Source: Antedon mediterranea (Eukaryota > Animalia > Echinodermata). Taken from it: 64,000 nt of DNA. The notes under the pieces are model-generated. The model had not been told where the DNA came from, ran no database searches, and saw nothing but the letters and a program-made list of their open reading frames with translations. A program made the position numbers and the translations under genes. Numbering within the stretch: the stretch's first letter is position 1; every line of letters starts with the position of its first letter. Shown here in pieces: positions 36,701 through 44,123 of the stretch. The stretch lies in contig NC_092672.1 of NCBI RefSeq assembly GCF_964355755.1, positions 5,766,001-5,830,000 of the forward strand, in the 5' to 3' direction.

Positions 36701-38363
36701 TTGTTATTTTTTGTTATAAGTATGTGAGACGAAATAAATGAAATGAAATGAAATGAAATTAAAAACATTATTGCTTCAAAACTCTAGTTGCACCATATTT
36801 TAATTTATGTTTAATATAATACAATTGAGACATGAAGTTGGAATTTTCTTAATACTATGCAGGCATCCTGTCACAAAACCCGCTGAAAATTTGAGTTTCA
36901 TGGTATGTGTAGTCTGATAGTACCTTGTTATAACCCTCTGTGCAGTATAAGACATCCATCATTTCATCCTTAATTGTCCAGCTTTAAATAATATACGTAA
37001 TCAGGAATTATTTAATTTATATGTGGATATGTATAGAAATGGCAGCAAAGATATGTTTGATACTTTTTATACTTCTCATGAAAATGACAAACTTAAATAT
37101 ATTTTGGGATACTCAGATAATTTAATTGATGAAGAGTGTGAAAATATTTTGGATAGTTTTTGTAAAAGATACCTAAAACAAGCATGGAAATTTCGAAATG
37201 ATTCACTGAATTCCATGACTCAATAACTATGTTATCTACATTGCTACATTAAGTAAATTGAAAAACAAGTTGGGGGGGGGGAGGAGGTTGGGGGTTTTTC
37301 GTAATAAGCTGTGTTTATCAGTTGATTTTATTTTATTTTATACACTTTTACTATATCTTGTTTTGTATTCATTGTGTAAAGTAATGATCTACTGTATGTA
37401 TCGATGTAAATTGGGGGGGGGGGGGGGTAGGATAGGGGTTGATAGTTGCTTTTGCCTTTTTTTACTTTTCTGTTAATTGTTATATTTTATATTGTGAAGG
37501 ATGCACCTTTGTGCTAAGTGTGCCACCGATCTAAAGGTGTAATTCCAAATAAATAAATAAATAAACAGGGAAAATACAGGAAGAAATTCTCAATTGCATG
37601 CACAAGAAATACGCTTTCATCTTAGCACTGGTGGATTCACAATATTGCACGTAACACAGGGTTCATTAAACGAAATATCTTTTTTTATCAATTGTATTAT
37701 TTTTAATCGAAGCAAAACATTAGATTAAAGTTATAAATATAATAAGACAATGAACAAAGATGTCATTAAATTCACAATTAAGCAGTCCCTACTAATCACC
37801 ATAAAATACATAAAATATGTAATTTTAATAACCCGAAATACTAGATATTTAGCTAGCCTAAAGCTAGTAAAAACTAAAACAACAGAAGGAAGCTAAACAC
37901 TAAACACCGAGTGTGCCACATTAGTGACCCCTAGATAAAAAAAAATAAAATCCGACAAATCGCCCACCACAACATATTCAGAGACGACTTGCTCAATAAG
38001 AGCCAGTCAATTTATACCAAAAAAAATAAAATGACCGGCCCCTACATATGATAATGAATACATCATTATCATAATGCAGAAATTCAATTAATTAAAGTTG
38101 GCATAATATTATAACCAAACACAGTCGGTAGACCAGACAACCGACTGACAGACTACTCGCTCGCACTCAGTTGCGTTACTACAATTGAACCGCAAACAAA
38201 AGAATCAAAACAATAGAGTAAGAAAATCAAAACATCGCCTTTTTTATCACCTTGGGTCTGGCAGCACAATTTTCTTGCTTGCTCTTGCCGCCGGCGTTGT
38301 TTTGCTCTTCTCCATAGCCATCAAATAGCTCACATCAGCTAAAACTGCTTCCAAATCCGCCAT
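722..38363 (-). CDS. GRK2: G-protein-coupled receptor kinase 2/3 (beta-adrenergic receptor kinase, Gprk1-like), coding exons 1-7; gene continues beyond the left edge
   Basis: Exons 38251-38363, 28980-29056, 27290-27363, 21152-21253, 3726-3800, 2569-2630 and 722-773 (113, 77, 74, 102, 75, 62, 52 nt), all GT-AG and in frame. They give [51 protein letters not shown]...[15 protein letters not shown], the N-terminus and RGS-homology domain of GRK2/3. Confidence 0.97.
2569..2630 (-). CDS. GRK2: GRK2/3 exon 6
   Basis: ttttag|[20 protein letters not shown](S)|gtaag, 62 nt. Confidence 0.93.
2810..3240. repeat. 43-bp minisatellite, about 10 near-identical copies
   Basis: Unit CCAGTCACCAAGAGGTACAGCTCCACAACTGTGGACATTGCTA, head-to-tail, no spacers. 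Confidence 0.95.
3225..3630. repeat. Diverged tandem duplication of about 210 bp
   Basis: CATTGCT..CAGTCATAAAAATGTAGAGTG...GAATATAAAATATGATC occurs at about 3227 and about 3438. Confidence 0.8.
3726..3800 (-). CDS. GRK2: GRK2/3 exon 5
   Basis: tttttag|[25 protein letters not shown]|gtgag, 75 nt. Confidence 0.93.
5200..6080 (-). mobile_element. Possible highly degraded LINE reverse-transcriptase remnant
   Basis: Broken minus-strand fragments resembling GPDNIP, KAFD and SGVPQG motifs in the expected order; many stops. Confidence 0.25.
6404..6562. mobile_element. MITE family A (Harbinger-like, about 160 bp)
   Basis: TIR AGCTCTGTCTACACTATCAAACT / AGTTTGATAGTGTAGACAGAGCT in a TWA context; 9 copies in the window. 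Confidence 0.85.
6840..7532 (+). CDS. LINE ORF1 protein (L1-type/Transposase_22-like: coiled coil, RRM, CTD)
   Basis: 230 aa; heptad coiled coil followed by [26 protein letters not shown] and IDDLT motifs. Confidence 0.9.
   Translation: MSRSTRANTKPAEFESEDQLSFESFVKKKLESILKGQESNKAELYEAISFNSARIDALEDENKELKTTVTELTTTVANLQGSTTDLLAKINKTERFSRRNNVRIVGVEENTKENCKLIFENILSDFFTLDPRPTIERAHRDGKSMNGKPRHIIARFLSYASKIEVMKQRSSALDSQKFYIIDDLTAADLLEKKKWRSQVKEMYNKGTKLRFTAGKWRTSTGIPVNFSKFH
7978..11145 (+). CDS. LINE ORF2: APE-type endonuclease plus reverse transcriptase
   Basis: 1055 aa intact. Endonuclease motifs HLNARS, TET, GGGV, GDFN, IDNIF, SDH; RT motifs [37 protein letters not shown]. Confidence 0.97.
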   Translation: MDPFDNIDAFPFNHIIDNDEFLHVIHYYFCDDRIDFDRFNSLIFNPFDINFKDVINDNDAQLFSENIESCTYEYIDSLNNKYSTQDYSFSIFHLNARSLVKHFNDINVCVGAINHEFSALCFTETFFNHNTPFSFYNIPNYNLLHVSRADRPGGGVAIYLHQRFKYILRPDLSFIITNGSESLFIEIDAQPKNIILGVVYRLPELSINTFNKDISNLIDTINNEKKTAYISGDFNINLLNSKTHKGTSDFVNTLFQSNYYPLITRPTRITRNSATLIDNIFCNNLYDNISSGILYSDISDHFPVFLLVHKSEPLQHLKPKSKYIYIKKVNDISISALSNDLSNVDWTSIYNSNEPNEAYALFNDIFSTLYNNNIKTTRSRRNIRKEKKPWITKCLIKSIDKKHKLYKTFLISKKQKDKDKYVKYRNVLTKILRTAQKNYFSDKFEFHKNNIQKTWQTINGVLGKKSRKPFPSHFINNDIELNNPQQIATEFNNYFTSIGPNLVNKIHVSDNDNYTSTLPRPCVHSLFLSPVTEHEVVSIILSLKDNKSPGFDGFSNKIIKRVSNFICKPLTHIFNTSFQTGIFPDSFKIAKVIPIYKKEDPHHFNNYRPISLLPCFSKLIEKIMHNRISSFLTKHNILFKGQYGFRKKYSTDLALLDIFDKITIALSKNEFSVGIFLDLSKAFDTINHDILIHKLSNYGIRGLPLKLIKSYLSNRVQFTSLNNFNSSYSRLTCGVPQGSILGPLLFLIFVNDIPNSSKLLNFILFADDTNIFFSHPKLNTLFKIVNDELLKVSNWLKHNKLTLNTFKTNYIIFSKRKISNSLNEQIYIDNKMIKRVNETQFLGVTIDASLTWKLHINKISNLVSRNVGILNKLKHIFPQKTLLTLYNTLVLPYLSYANLCWAITLDKFNTLCPWTSLEKTQIDRLFKLQKRALRICAGESFRAHTKLLFKRFNVLNIYDLNKLQVASFMYRLSNNLLPSHFNALFTRIDERHSYKTRSSVNNYILDNLNVKARRFSMYYFGPKLWTSLSNELKQKSSFSSFKSNFKHKMVSEYAT
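11825..12105. repeat. Tandem duplication of about 140 bp
   Basis: CAGAGGCAGTCA..GGGTTTTTGCATT...AAATCTAGGATGTGATA occurs twice. Confidence 0.8.
12719..15403. mobile_element. Non-autonomous TIR DNA transposon, about 2.7 kb
   Basis: TGTGTACAGCCACATCAAAACCAGGCACTTG ... CAAGCGCCTGGTTTTGATGTGGCTGTACACA (about 31-bp TIR, 1 mismatch), flanked by TA/ATAT on both sides; no transposase ORF. Confidence 0.8.
13101..13726. mobile_element. Kolobok-like MITE nested in the 2.7-kb element
   Basis: TTAA|AGACCCCTTCCCT ... AGGGAATGGGGCT|TTAA; TTAA TSD with purine-starting imperfect TIRs. Confidence 0.7.
15682..16043. mobile_element. MITE with TGACGTCA-containing TIRs (TAG termini, possibly Academ-like)
   Basis: TAGAGTTCTGTGGTGTGACGTCACAAC ... 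GTTGTGACGTCAACACCGCAGAACTATA. Confidence 0.7.
16275..16405. mobile_element. Small TTAA (Kolobok-like) MITE; related fragments near 2161 and 21941
   Basis: TTAA-flanked; shares GATATATTGTCCC / AAAAACATGAAAAATGAAGATTAA with the other copies. Confidence 0.6.
17531..17863. mobile_element. Young Harbinger-type MITE (333 bp)
   Basis: Perfect 53-bp TIRs (17531-17583 and 17811-17863) and a TAA TSD on both sides. Confidence 0.92.
18557..18874 (-). mobile_element. 5S rRNA-derived SINE (SINE3 type)
   Basis: Minus strand: 5S-like head at 18778-18874 (CACCGGTTCCCGTCAGATCACCGAAGTTAAGC...TTGGATGGGAGACC..GGGAATATCGGTGCTGTA), about 200-nt unrelated body, (AAAAT)n tail, flanking near-direct repeats GACTGATT / GATTGATT. 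Confidence 0.85.
19114..19529. mobile_element. Harbinger-like MITE with duplicated right end
   Basis: AGCCTATTTTC ... GAAAATAGGCT in TWA context; right terminal block repeated (about 19395-19461 and 19463-19529); fragment at about 25030. Confidence 0.65.
19885..20152 (+). mobile_element. 3' fragment of a CR1/L2-group LINE
   Basis: [27 protein letters not shown]2 end, 3' UTR, AATAAA and (TTGTA)n tail. Confidence 0.7.
20703..21118. repeat. 138-bp tandem repeat, 3 copies
   Basis: CCTACTGTTTAACTTT recurs at 20718, 20856 and 20994; near-identical units. Confidence 0.9.
21152..21253 (-). CDS. GRK2: GRK2/3 exon 4
   Basis: ttttcag|[34 protein letters not shown]|gtaagt, 102 nt. Confidence 0.95.
22802..23122 (+). 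mobile_element. tRNA-derived SINE with Deu/Nin-like central domain
   Basis: A box TGGCCAAGCGG, B box GGTTCGAGGCT, stem GAGCGAGTG / CATTCGCTC, core CGGATAAGGACTATAAACCAGAGGTCCC...GAGTAGGGGG, (AAT)n tail; related core at 63941-64000. Confidence 0.8.
26955..27098. mobile_element. MITE family A
   Basis: Same TIRs and internal sequence as 6404-6562. Confidence 0.8.
27290..27363 (-). CDS. GRK2: GRK2/3 exon 3
   Basis: ttttcag|[25 protein letters not shown]|gtaac, 74 nt. Confidence 0.95.
27958..28260. repeat. Diverged duplication of about 175 bp
   Basis: ATTCTAAACTGTGAAATATT...ATGAGTT.GATTAACTT...ATTATGAGAC occurs twice. Confidence 0.7.
28980..29056 (-). CDS. GRK2: GRK2/3 exon 2
   Basis: cag|..[25 protein letters not shown]..|gtgag, 77 nt. 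Confidence 0.95.
30803..30870 (-). mobile_element. tRNA-derived SINE head
   Basis: Minus strand TGGTTATGATGCTTGG...GGGTTCAAGTCCCGTC; no proper cloverleaf. Confidence 0.5.
30882..32373 (+). mobile_element. Non-autonomous Helentron/Helitron2-type element (HINE, DINE-1-like), about 1.5 kb
   Basis: Subterminal IR TAGGTTATATGCA / TGCATATAACCTA, 5' local IR, (TTTA)n microsatellite, 3' hairpin AATTCGTCA-tag-TGACGAATT, CTAG followed by a T-run. Confidence 0.82.
32421..32590. repeat. Tandem repeat of about 67 bp, about 2.5 copies
   Basis: TACAGTATAAATATATCACC repeated. Confidence 0.75.
33478..33970. repeat. 57-bp higher-order minisatellite
   Basis: Unit ACCACATAAGGAGGACACAAAACCACATAAGAATAAGGACACAAACCTCATAGACTA built from ACCACATAAG / GGACACAAA subunits. 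Confidence 0.92.
33974..34111. mobile_element. hAT-like MITE (related copy at 40103-40260)
   Basis: CAGGCGCGGAT ... ATCCGCCCCTG termini. Confidence 0.65.
34962..35200 (+). mobile_element. Degenerate tRNA-derived SINE
   Basis: GGGTTCGACC B box, GTCTTTCAGATAGGAAGTAAAGCC and GAAAAGAGTAGG core-like motifs. Confidence 0.55.
35600..35830 (+). mobile_element. L2-type LINE 3' fragment
   Basis: [19 protein letters not shown] then ATGCGC..GCGCAATATGAG and (TAT)n tail. Confidence 0.6.
36920..37564 (+). mobile_element. 5'-truncated LINE (C-terminal CCHC-like remnant, G-rich 3' UTR)
   Basis: C..LC...[12 protein letters not shown] in frame with ORF 37023-37226; (AAAT)n tail; 3' UTR recurs at about 48530-48860. 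Confidence 0.7.
38251..38363 (-). CDS. GRK2: GRK2/3 exon 1 (start codon)
   Basis: ATG at 38363; [37 protein letters not shown]; donor AG|GTGATA. Not in the ORF track. Confidence 0.97.
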
Positions 38364-38720
38364 TTTCACTGTCTGTTGGCTCTGTACTACCAGCACTGCC
38401 GAAAACAAATTTTAGATTTATCCGGGCGCTAGCCAAGCCTCTGTAAAAATAATGATTTCACAAAAATGGATGGCTTGATGATACAATCACAATCCCGAAC
38501 TATCTTCCCAATTGATAGATAAATCAATCGCCTATGAATCCATATTATTCCATCTTCACTGGAACAGATCTTGGATTTTCAGTAGCAGTAGTATATAGTT
38601 AGCCAAGCCTTCTTTTTTCCTCTGCCTCCAGGTGTTCTGGTTACTATACTCGCTATGTTTACTTGCTTACTGCCTTTTTAGTGGTGGTGGTGTCTATAAT
38701 TATATAGAGGGCGCAATAGT
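38364..38720 (-). promoter_or_regulatory. GRK 5' UTR / promoter region with CTCF-like core
   Basis: Immediately upstream of the ATG (AAAATGGCGG context); TATAGAGGGCGC at about 38703-38714. Confidence 0.4.
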
Positions 38721-40396
38721 CATAAGACGGACAACAGAGCAAAATGTATATAATGGCTATAAAAACGGTAACTGTATTATAATTCAATTACAAATATTTT
38801 TTTTTCTAATAACCGACCGGGAATAACAAAAATAAGTTCAACTGTTACAATATCTAATTTGAAATTAGATAAGCTCCAAACGATAAGGTATATAGGACCA
38901 GATAAACCAATGATAACGACAACACAACATGAAGGTAAATAAATAGTTCAGTGGTTGATGTGCACTCCGATGAGACCTACTACACCATTAACCAACTCAA
39001 TTGGAGTAAATTAACTCTTATTTTATTATTTGGTTGTACTGCATGATGTAGGCTAAAAACACGAAAAATGAAACTTAATATCAGATTTGTGTTGATTTAC
39101 TTTGTAGAAAAACGGCAAAATATGATTACACTTAAATGAAAACATACGGTTAGATTTAAACAAAAACCCATTGTCTGGTAGACAATATACTCATTTTCGG
39201 CTTCAAATACAGTTTTTTTTAATCAAACTTCTCTTTAAAATAATAATTGTAGGCCTATGACATTTAAATGGCATATTCAACAACAAAAATTCAGGGGGAC
39301 AAAATATATTTCATTATTATGTAACCCATATTTAAACAACAAGGTACAGAAACCTATCGGTTGCCTATTTTACGGACTAATAATTGTGATTCAAGAAGAG
39401 TTCCGATACTGAGTATACCAATACTACTCATGGTTTTGAAAATGTCCCACAGTAATAAAGTACAGCTGGACTATTACGTAAGGGGAATTTCCCACACGAG
39501 TAATGGTAATGGGTTTTAGCTTCGATAAAAATATAAATAAAATATATAGGCCTAGATAAATAAATATGGATAATAAAAATTGGAATTTAGTTAATTGTTT
39601 ATCGAAATTCGATTATAGTTAAAATAAAAATCATTCCAGAGCGTTTTGTTTTGTATAACACGCGCTTCTACAAAAAAACAACTTCATTCAATTACAAAAT
39701 TAAAATCAACTAACAAAAAATTGTTTTATAAAATCACAAAGTTTAACAAAAAAATACGTATGGATTGAGCTACATTAACGTGTCTTGCATATCGAGGGGG
39801 TGGGGAGGTATGGAGTCATACCCTCTCCTCAATTTCTCCATGGCCTTCAAATTAATCTACACGTAAGGTTTCTTATTTTTCTTAGTATAGGTAGGCCCTA
39901 TCTATAATCTTATCACAGTCAATGATATCTCTCGTACCAACCATGCTTTCACGTTCGCACAAACGTCATAACAGTGATTTAGGACAAATATTAAACTGTT
40001 ACGGTAGCATACTTTCGATAACATATAAATCATGATATCGTATTTGGACATTAAAGTGTATGTACACTTAAGTACGGTACTCTTATGAATTAGCCTTTTC
40101 GTCATGGGCGGATCCAAGGTGGGGCCCAGCAGCTCCTTCTCCTAAATTTCGCAAATTGTAATGCAAAAGCTAGGACATAAAATTAAGCTCATCCCTTCTT
40201 TTCACCATTTTCATAGCCCTGCCCCCTTCCCCCTTTTTCAAAATCCTAGATCCGTCACTGCGTTATGATTGATTTATTAGATCATCAAGAATTGTCTATA
40301 AAGTAAATAAATCGAATTGCATCACCAAAAGATTGCATAAATTTGCCGTAAACAATTAAAGTCACCAGGGAGAGGTTGTGTGCACTTTTGGTTGCG

Positions 40397-41422
40397 CGGC
40401 CGTTCCAAGGCAAAACAACGTAACTACAAAATGTTGCTTTTCGAGAAAAATTCAATTGAAGTTTGAGTGTTTGCATTTCAACAACAAATTATCGTAATGA
40501 TGTGAAATTTTGCATGAGTATATATAAATAATAATTATTATTAAATACAAAATGTTAAATAATTTAAACAATTTGATCAAAAGTTATTACCACTTTTAAC
40601 AGATACGTTGTTTTGCCTTGGAAATGACGTGCATAAAATGAAAGTCATTTCTGAGGCAAAACAACGTAACTGCGATATTCTGTGGCAAAACAACGTAACT
40701 GTGGTCATTTCATGGCAAAACAACGTAACTGTGATGATTTTAAAAACAATGGATTGAAACTCTTTTTGAACAACATGGAGGGCTGCGATCACCAATGAAA
40801 TGGCTAGAAACTAGAATGCATTTGAAGCTAGGCTTAGCCATTTGCATCTACTTGGCATATCTATGATATAGACTTATTATAGCCTACCTACTAGCCTGCT
40901 AACTACAAGGCCTACGTACAAAAATGCAAAGACGGCCGTCCTACTAGGCTAGGCCTAGCCTAGTTCCAACGACAGTACTGGGGTACTAGGCTAGATTAGG
41001 TAGGTCTGTCAAAAATAATAGCCTAGGCCTAGCCTTTCAAGCTTGTCTGAACATTTTTGTAAATATAGTTAATTCTTTATATATCTTTTACTTTTAGTTA
41101 AGATCGTTGCTATGCATATCGTCATGCATCAGCGGTTTCTGTCTCAAAATTACGTAACTTAGCTGATTGTGAGAATTTGAAACGAAAATCGTATGCATTT
41201 CCGTGGCAGAACAACGTATCTGGTAGATACGTTGTTTTGCCTTGGAAAATACCAGAATTATTTGTTTTTTGCTTAAAGATACGTGGTACTATCTCCAAAA
41301 ATAATGATCTCTGAAACCTGACATTTTTACAGGTTGTTCATAAATTTGTAATAATTCCCCAAATGCAAAAATCTCAAAATTGACAAAAATGCGAGTTACG
41401 TGGTTTTGCCTTGGAACGGCCG
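40397..41422. mobile_element. Non-autonomous TIR transposon with 4-bp TSD (possibly Sola-type)
   Basis: TGCG|CGGCCGTTCCAAGGCAAAACAACGTAACT ... AGTTACGTGGTTTTGCCTTGGAACGGCCG|TGCG; repeated internal GGCAAAACAACGTA motifs. Confidence 0.85.
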
Positions 41423-42225
41423 TGCGATCGCGCTGCTCGGATGATCGAAAGAACCAATCCGGGTGTTGAATGAAATGAATATTTTTATTAGGTCACAGAG
41501 TGCAGAAGAAAAACATTACGTAAGCAATAACATTGACCCGAACATGAACCGGGAACATTAATAATGTCAAAACTTCCGAAGATTAAGTTACAATAATAAA
41601 ACAAATTTTCTTGATGAAAACACACCTGCAATATGAGTCAACAGATCGATTAATTAAGACATGATATGTCCCACAAGATATCTATTGAATCAAAACGTGG
41701 CTTGTTTACTTTGAGAAGACGAGTAAAGAATGCCTTATTATGACGTAGATGTACCAATCGGAATGTCTGTATGACGTAATGTGACGTCATAGGTAGATTA
41801 TTTTTGATTGGTTTTTATATCAAAAAACAGAGTTCATGAATAAAAATAGATCGATGGTTTAGTGATTATAAAAATATTTACAACTTTCCACGTTTGCCGC
41901 CAACAACTTACACTAAAACCCTCGTCTATTTCAGATTCATTTTTTTTTTCATCCTTTCATGATCTAAATATAGAATTAATTAACAAGATAAATCTTGTTG
42001 TAAATATTGTATTATTTTATTATTAGGCCTAGTAACATTAAATCATAGTAATAGTCTATATATAGAAGTGTGCCTTTTGCAACCTTCTGAGCATTTGGAG
42101 CCGAGTAACACATCCTTCATCAAGCAATGATCAAGCACTCGTTCAGATCTTCCTCTTTTGTTCTTTTATTCGTCCAAGAACTTATTAAGGGTTGAAAATA
42201 AGTTGGAAGTTTCGGAAGTCGGGTA

Positions 42226-42336
42226 TTTTTAGTCGCGTGCAAACGCGACTCCACAGCTCACTATGTCGGTCGGTCAGTCGGTAAACACTAACTCAAATTT
42301 GAACACGCGACTGCAGCCATGTATATGGTCTTGTTT
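42226..42336 (+). mobile_element. Miniature HINE/Helentron-type element
   Basis: TTTTTAGTCGCGTG, local IR ACGCGACT, (GGTC)n microsatellite, second CACGCGACT, 3' hairpin (GCCATGTATATGGT) and T-run. Confidence 0.7.
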
Positions 42337-42371
42337 ATTCGGTAACACGGGCCCTGGTGGAATGACTCTAA

Positions 42372-42545
42372 AGCTTGGTTCCCACTAGAACGTAACGCAA
42401 GGACGTAAACGCAACGCAAACGTTTTAATGACAAGCGAAGTTATAAAAGTTAGCAATCACAAGCGAATAAGCCATCGCTTGTGATTGGTCAATTCACTTG
42501 CGTTGCGTTACGTCCTTGTGTTGCGTCGCTAGTGGGAACCACGCT
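42372..42545. mobile_element. MITE family B (Harbinger-like; other copies at 56027-56183, 60477-60745, 61745-62046)
   Basis: TIR AGC(T/G)TGGTTCCCACTAG..GCAA; nearly fully palindromic; TWA context. Confidence 0.82.
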
Positions 42546-43276
42546 TAATTGTTCACCAGAGGTGGTATTCTAACTCCAATTCAGTGATTGCATTGGTTCA
42601 GTTCATTGACGCACCTTTATGACATTGTTATACAGATAATAGATTGAGATTGTTTTTCTTCAAATTAAAAAAATTGAAATTTGTATGACCTGTTTGACGA
42701 GATTTTTCAAACTGATTTTCCAATATCTTGTTTTTTAGTCCTTATAACGCGTACGTCATTGTGCGTCTTATAAATTATTTCCAAAGAAAGATTAAGTAAA
42801 AAATGGTCAAAACATGTCAAGAAAACGGCTGGTTAGTCCATAGTATAACAACACATCATGAGTGAAAACACATTAAAAATAAACATTTATTATGACATTA
42901 TGACGTATGGCTTTGTTTTGTTAGTGCAGTCATAAGGCACAACCTTATACGGTATGTGTGAAGTTAATCAAACACCGTGATTTCATGTGTTTACTTCATT
43001 AAGTTCTATTACAACTGCGGCTATTTTTATGTTGTTTGCGCTCTGTTTAGTTCAGGTGTGTTGTATTCTGGACATTTTCCAATTCAGGTTATTTGCGAAC
43101 GCATTTAATCAATCTAAAAATATAATGTAAATTAATAAATAATGTATTTTCATTCAACGTGTTCAAATTTCCAGTCGTAAATGATTTTATATATATACAG
43201 TTATACAAAATACGGTAAACAAATTTTCTTTTTACAATATTTTATCAGGAGACAATACATCCTTCAATTTTTAGAC

Positions 43277-43620
43277 TAGGACGTTAACGATCGACGAAAG
43301 TATTAATTTTTCATACATAAAACAATATAAACATTTTTCATCCTAGAACTATAGGATAGCTATCTAAGCTTCATTTGATGAAATTGATATTTTCACACGT
43401 CCAATCAAATGACGTAATAATTAGTAAGAGCAATAATATCGTCACAATAAAACGATATTTTTGGTTTTATTGATTGGATTTAAAAAAATAGTATTTTTTA
43501 TCAAAGACAGCATAAATGATTATCCTATAGTTATAGAACAAAAAACCTTTCTAATTTCTTTTGTTTTATGTACGAGAAAAATGCATGTTTATCTATTTAT
43601 CGTCGATCATTATCGTCCTA
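43277..43620. mobile_element. Degenerate fold-back MITE
   Basis: TAGGACGTTAACGATCGACG / CGTCGATCATTATCGTCCTA and AACTATAGGATA / TATCCTATAGTT inverted pairs. Confidence 0.6.
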
Positions 43621-44123
43621 ATGTAAATGGACCTTAATTGTTTTTCTACAATGTAGGAACAACTATGAATATTCATTCAAGTCGACACAACTGTGCTCGC
43701 ATATATATATTTACAATGTGTCTATGATGCAACTATTTTCATTCATTTTTCACAAATACGAAAGTACTTCATTGTTTACAAAAATAGATTTATTTATTGA
43801 TTTATTATTCACTAATAGTGAAAACGATCACATAAATATTTACATTTGTTTTCAAAATGATGAATCAATGAATTCATTGCTAGTGTTTAATCATAAAATA
43901 AATTATTTACTAAATCAAACATATTTAAAAATACAGTATGTACATAAACTTAATACTGTAGTAAAATTTTGGCTTGAAGAACATTTTTCATTAAGTCTTA
44001 TTTTGATATATAACATTTCAGTTAAAAAAGTACATTTTTGGTTTCAGTTAAAATTAAATTTTTGTTAGAATGCAGTTAAGACACACGAACACAATCTGAA
44101 TAACGCGACACGGTACCAGATGA

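Noticed and set aside
38955-39000. Hammerhead ribozyme (CTCCGATGAGACC); also candidates near 42100-42130 and 47055
   Set aside because: Core incomplete: no properly placed GAAA or stem II; at best decayed Penelope-like remnants
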